Below, in pieces: positions 63,901 to 64,000 of a DNA stretch of 64,000 nucleotides. The first letter of the stretch is position 1, and every line of letters begins with the position of its first letter. A program made the translations under genes and the position numbers. Origin of the DNA: Tubulanus polymorphus (taxonomy: Eukaryota; Animalia; Nemertea); assembly GCF_964204645.1 (NCBI RefSeq), contig NC_134030.1, positions 3,948,778 to 4,012,777 of the forward strand, written 5' to 3'. The notes beneath the pieces were generated by a model. That model did not search any database. It worked only from the letters and a program-made list of their open reading frames with translations, and was not told the DNA's origin.

Positions 63901-64000
63901 CAATTTAAATATGGTTGATAGAGCGTGGAATTGTTTCCATGTAGGCATGCAATGCACAAAACACACATCAGATTAAGGCTGTTGAGAGGGAATTATCAAT
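60934..64000. repeat. Giant tandem unit, copy 3 (partial)
   Basis: Colinear with 33129-36190, including the same junction that lacks the 1.8 kb segment. Confidence 0.96.
61163..61911 (+). CDS. Terminal coding exon, third copy; spliced to 54722-54821 it gives 282 aa
   Basis: Same acceptor and open frame. Confidence 0.8.

Overview
AT-rich eukaryotic DNA, probably from an invertebrate animal (inference from its SINE, BEL/Pao and Penelope content). The window is about 2.1 copies of a giant head-to-tail tandem unit (1-33128, 33129-60933, 60934-end; periods 33,128 and 27,805 bp; copies differ by only a few percent, estimated by eye). Each unit carries one apparently intact spliced gene of unknown family that the ORF track splits. 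It has a CCAAT/CRE/TATA/Inr promoter at 25738-25835, exons at about 25831-25848, 26470-26683 and 33349-34100, and encodes a 282-283 aa protein with a helical N-terminus, a Pro-rich disordered middle and NLS/AT-hook-like motifs. Its 6.7 kb second intron holds a CACTA/EnSpm-like element containing a BEL/Pao pol relic, a tRNA/CORE-like SINE, a decayed Penelope-type GIY-YIG endonuclease and a Helitron-like 3' end. The spacer holds at least six different satellite arrays whose copy numbers vary between units, a 149-bp ungapped but 27%-diverged inverted repeat (candidate hairpin RNA), a strand-biased UGUAHAUA cluster and a degenerate repeated-exon transcription unit. Unit 1 alone has an inverted diverged paralog of the gene's first coding exon. 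No rRNA, bona fide tRNA, CRISPR array or intact transposase/RT was found.
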